DNA from: Gemmatimonadota bacterium | GTDB taxonomy: Bacteria; Gemmatimonadota; Gemmatimonadetes; Gemmatimonadales; GWC2-71-9 | DNA: 22,840 bases | NCBI GenBank assembly: GCA_039586365.1 | Contig: JBDHKN010000084.1 | Coordinates: 1-22,840 of the forward strand | Direction of reading: 5' to 3' | Shown here: positions 19,437 to 22,840 of the stretch, piece after piece | How the letters are laid out: each line of letters opens with the position of its first letter | How positions within the stretch are numbered: the first letter of the stretch is position 1 | Made by a program: the position numbers and the translations under genes | Notes under the pieces: model-generated | What the model was told of the DNA's origin: nothing | The model's database searches: none | Seen by the model: the letters and a program-made list of their open reading frames with translations, nothing else

Positions 19437-22400
19437 CTATGCCTGTGAGAGTTGGGCTACTCATCACGCTCCATGCACTGCCATCGTAGTGGATAATTGT
19501 CCCAACACGTCCGACTGCAAACACGTCGCTAGGAGAACTGCCCCACACACCCTGCACATCATCGTTTGCGGGACTGCTAGTTGCGCTCCAAGCGGTACCG
19601 TCGTAATGGAGCATCGGCCATCCCAACGCATACACGTCGTTCGACGACGAACCCCAGACTGCGTTCAGGAACTCAGCTTCGGGGTTACTCATGAGGCTCC
19701 ATACGTTGCCGTCATAATGGAGGATTACTCCACCATTACCCACTGCATACACGTCGCTCACGGCGGTACCCCAGACACCGTGCAAATCCATACTCGTCGG
19801 ACTCTCCATCACGCTCCACAAGTTGACCGGCACCATGCCGGGTACGGCCACCGTCAGCAACCCGTAGCCCACAGCGCCGTCCGCCGCGGCGACGATCGTC
19901 ACCTGACCGCTGCCGACGGGTGACGCAACGCCGGTGGACGGGTCGATCGCAGCGATGTTCGAATTGAGGGTCGACCAGGTGAATGTCTTGCCGGGAATCA
20001 GGTGCCCGGTCGCATCCCACGCGATGCCAGCGAAAGCCTGTGTGCCGCCTGCTGTAGCGATAGTCGCGCCACCTGGCGTGACTTCAACTGCAGTCGCCAA
20101 TTGATTGACAGTTACCTCGGCACTGCCCGACGCACCGCCCGGCGCTGTTACGGTGATGGTCGCGACACCGCCTGATACGGCAGTAACCAGACCTTCCGTG
20201 TCCACTGTGGCTACGCTGAGATCACTGCTGCTCCACAGGGTGAGTGGCACACCGCTAACTGGGTTACCGCCAGCGTCCTGCGCTTGCGCTGCAAATCGCA
20301 CTGTGTCGCCCAACGCCGTGATCGTGTCGGCTGCAGGAGTGACCACCACGCTGGCACCGCGGTAACCGCGCACGATCGTGCCGCTGTCGCCTACCGCGAA
20401 GACATCCGAGTCCGGGCTTACCCACACGTGCCACACGCTCCCACTGCTTGGCCGGTTCATTGCGATGCTCCACGCGGCGCCGTCGTAATGGAGAATGCTG
20501 CCGTCCGCTGCGTAGACATCGCTAGAGGATGTACCCCACACATCACCCGCACCGTACTGCTCTGGATTGCTCATACTGCTCCAGGCACTGCCGTCGTAAT
20601 GGAGGATTATCGACGGATGACCAACAGCGTAGATATCACTCGCAGATGTACCCCAGATCCCATACAGCTCGCCGGTGGATTGCCTGTTCACCACACTCCA
20701 CGTGTTGCCGCCGTAATGAAGGATCGCTGCATCGGCTCCATCAGCACCCACCGCGTACACTTCATCGGCAGAAAGACCCCACACATCATGTATGCCAGCG
20801 GCTGTAGGGCTATTCATCGTACTCCAGGCAGTGCCGTCGTAATGGAGAATCCACCCAGGGTCACTGACCGCGTACACATCGATCGGAGAGGTGCCCCACA
20901 CACCCTCCCCGCCGGCCGGACTGCTCATGGTGCTCCAGTCACTGCCGTCGTAATGCAGAATCGGGCCCCCCGCCGCATACACGTTGCTCGACGAGGTCCC
21001 CCAGACGGCATGCAGGTTGCCACCATCAGAGTTACTCATTGTGGTCCACGCGCTACCGTCAAAATGCAGAATCGCTCCACCTCCCCCGACTGCAAAGACA
21101 TCGCTCGAAGAAGTACCCCAAACATCCCCCAGCCATACATTCACGGGGGTGTCCATCGTGCTCCACAGGTTCACCGGCTCCGCCACGGGCACCCCCACCG
21201 TCAGCAACCCGTACCCCACAGCACCGTCCGCCGCGGCGACAACCGTCACCTGCCCGCTGCCGACTGGTGACGCGATGCCGGTAGAGGGATCGATGTTCGC
21301 CACGTTCGTGTTGAGGGTCGACCAGGTGAACGTCTTGCCGGGGATCAGGTTCCCGGTTGAGTCCCAGGCCGTCGCAGTGAACAACTGCGTGGCGCCGGAC
21401 GTCGCGATAGTCGCCCCGGCTGGCGTGACTTCAACCGTCGCCGCTGCTTGAGCGATAGTTATCTCGGCACTGCCCGCTGCTCCGCCCGGCGCAGTCGCGC
21501 TGATCGTCGCGACACCGTTTGACACCGCCGTCACCAAGCCTGTGGTGTCCACTGTGGCTACGGCCTCGTCACTACTGTTCCATGAAGTGATCGACACCCC
21601 GCCCACCGGGTTGCCGGCTGCATCTTCGGCCTGTGCAGCAAGTCGTACGGTGTCGCCTAGTGCCGTGAGGGCACCGGCTGCTGATGTGACTACCACGCTG
21701 CCCCCGCGGATGCCGCGGAGGATCGTGCCACTGTCGCCCACGGCATACACATCCGAATTCGGGCTGGCCCACACGAACGCCAACGGGAGAGTGACCGGGC
21801 TGTCCACGGTGCTCCAGGTACTGCCGTCGTAATAGCGAATTGCTCCGCCGTCTCCCACAGCGTAGACATCGCCAGACGAACTGCCCCATACACCGTCTAC
21901 TGACAGATCCGGCCCGGAGCTGATCGTGCTCCACCCACTCCCGTCGTAGTGCAGGATCAATCCGCCAAAACCGACCGCGTAAACATCGTTCGGGGAACTT
22001 CCCCACACGCTCGACAAGAACAGGCTACTTGGGCTGTCCATCGTGCTCCACGCACTGCCGTCATAGTGGAGGATGGTTGCGTTCCAGGTCACGGCATACA
22101 CATCGTCGCTGGAGAAACCCCAGACATCCGCCACGCTCTCGCCCGTAGGGTTGTTCATCGTGCTCCATGAGTTCCCGTCGTAGCGCAGAATCGGTCCCCC
22201 ACCCACCGCAAATACGTCTCTGGGAGAGGTGCCCCAGACACCGTCCCCACCGCCCTCTGGAGCGTTCATGGCGCTCCACACGCTGCCGTCGTAGTGCAGA
22301 ATCGAACTCCCCACTGCATACACGTGACTCGACGAGGTGCCCCAGACAGCATGCAGGTCACCGGCGTCCGGGTTGCTCATCGTGGTCCACGTGCTGCCGT

Positions 22401-22776
22401 CATAGTGCAGAATTGCCCCGCCCCCACCAACTGCAAAGACATCGCTCGAAGAGGTACCCCACACGCCCGGCAACCCCGCTCTCGTCGGGCTGTCCATCAC
22501 GCTCCACAGGTTGACCGGCTCGAGTCCTGGCACCGCCACCGTGAGCACCGCGTACCCCCGAACACCCCCAGCCTCGGCGGCTAGCGTCACCTGACCGTTG
22601 CCCACCGCAGTCGCCTCGCCCGTTGACTCATCGATCGTCGCGACGTTGGGGTTGAGGCTCGCCCAGGTCACAGGCACCGACGTGAGCACCGTGCCCGCCA
22701 CATCGCGCGCCTCGGCCGTGAATGCCTGCATCGCGCCCACACCCGATATCGCCGCTCCACCCGGCGTCACCACCAC
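17487..22776 (-). repeat. Four tandem coding modules of about 1.3 kb (Ig / 7 blades / Ig)
   Basis: Module starts at about 22776, 21435, 20088 and 18818, giving periods of 1341, 1347 and 1270 nt. Each module has 7 W...WG.S..DV.AVG blades ending in RG(I/Y/L)RG. Confidence 0.9.
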
Positions 22777-22839
22777 CTCATCCACCGCACACGTACCACC
22801 CTGGCTGCTTGCCCCCTCTCTCAAGTCCACTGACAAATC
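19312..22839 (-). CDS. Upstream part of the giant Ig-like (BIG2) / beta-propeller repeat protein (5' end outside the window; frameshifted at about 19435)
   Basis: Frame is open to the window end. Repeated Ig + 7-blade modules; after SPTLTGI the translation loses the repeat pattern and stops at 19312. Confidence 0.88.
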   Translation of the reverse strand, partial: DLSVDLREGASSQGGTCAVDEVVVTPGGAAISGVGAMQAFTAEARDVAGTVLTSVPVTWASLNPNVATIDESTGEATAVGNGQVTLAAEAGGVRGYAVLTVAVPGLEPVNLWSVMDSPTRAGLPGVWGTSSSDVFAVGGGGAILHYDGSTWTTMSNPDAGDLHAVWGTSSSHVYAVGSSILHYDGSVWSAMNAPEGGGDGVWGTSPRDVFAVGGGPILRYDGNSWSTMNNPTGESVADVWGFSSDDVYAVTWNATILHYDGSAWSTMDSPSSLFLSSVWGSSPNDVYAVGFGGLILHYDGSGWSTISSGPDLSVDGVWGSSSGDVYAVGDGGAIRYYDGSTWSTVDSPVTLPLAFVWASPNSDVYAVGDSGTILRGIRGGSVVVTSAAGALTALGDTVRLAAQAEDAAGNPVGGVSITSWNSSDEAVATVDTTGLVTAVSNGVATISATAPGGAAGSAEITIAQAAATVEVTPAGATIATSGATQLFTATAWDSTGNLIPGKTFTWSTLNTNVANIDPSTGIASPVGSGQVTVVAAADGAVGYGLLTVGVPVAEPVNLWSTMDTPVNVWLGDVWGTSSSDVFAVGGGGAILHFDGSAWTTMSNSDGGNLHAVWGTSSSNVYAAGGPILHYDGSDWSTMSSPAGGEGVWGTSPIDVYAVSDPGWILHYDGTAWSTMNSPTAAGIHDVWGLSADEVYAVGADGADAAILHYGGNTWSVVNRQSTGELYGIWGTSASDIYAVGHPSIILHYDGSAWSSMSNPEQYGAGDVWGTSSSDVYAADGSILHYDGAAWSIAMNRPSSGSVWHVWVSPDSDVFAVGDSGTIVRGYRGASVVVTPAADTITALGDTVRFAAQAQDAGGNPVSGVPLTLWSSSDLSVATVDTEGLVTAVSGGVATITVTAPGGASGSAEVTVNQLATAVEVTPGGATIATAGGTQAFAGIAWDATGHLIPGKTFTWSTLNSNIAAIDPSTGVASPVGSGQVTIVAAADGAVGYGLLTVAVPGMVPVNLWSVMESPTSMDLHGVWGTAVSDVYAVGNGGVILHYDGNVWSLMSNPEAEFLNAVWGSSSNDVYALGWPMLHYDGTAWSATSSPANDDVQGVWGSSPSDVFAVGRVGTIIHYDGSAWSVMSSPTLTGIDGPQIQWQRVECGEQAGHQSRFYLGHLSERCVRGGRRDLPL

Positions 22840-22840
22840 G

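Noticed and set aside
19430..19445. Programmed ribosomal frameshift or phase-variable tract
   Set aside because: No slippery heptamer or homopolymer, and part of a blade is missing, which a simple shift would not restore.
17460..22840. CRISPR array or diversity-generating retroelement target
   Set aside because: Repeats are degenerate coding repeats. No identical repeat-spacer units, reverse transcriptase or template/variable repeat pair is visible in the window.

Overview
GC-rich bacterial window. The two Hanks-type kinases and the PadR/duplicated-permease pair suggest Gemmatimonadota (inference only). Gene order: 5'-truncated membrane Ser/Thr kinase (+); duplicated MacB/FtsX-type orphan ABC permease with its PadR regulator (-); PiT phosphate transporter and DUF47 (-); two exported/membrane hypotheticals, a DedA/VTT protein and a YdjM-like hydrolase (-); a large kinase-TM-TPR protein (+); a secreted Xaa-Pro aminopeptidase (-); a class II Fic protein (-); and the 3' part of a giant gene built of four Ig / 7-blade propeller / Ig modules, broken by a frameshifting deletion at about 19435 (-). 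The best unexplained signal is an unannotated transcription unit of about 220 nt at 10700-10956: a sigma70-like promoter, a 14-nt perfect complement of the 16S rRNA 3' end, a 20-codon ORF inside a long hairpin, and an intrinsic terminator with a possible antiterminator. Also notable is a GTCAAG-N5-(G/A)TCAAG direct repeat found three times upstream of two adjacent envelope genes. No rRNA, tRNA, CRISPR array or transposase was recognised.
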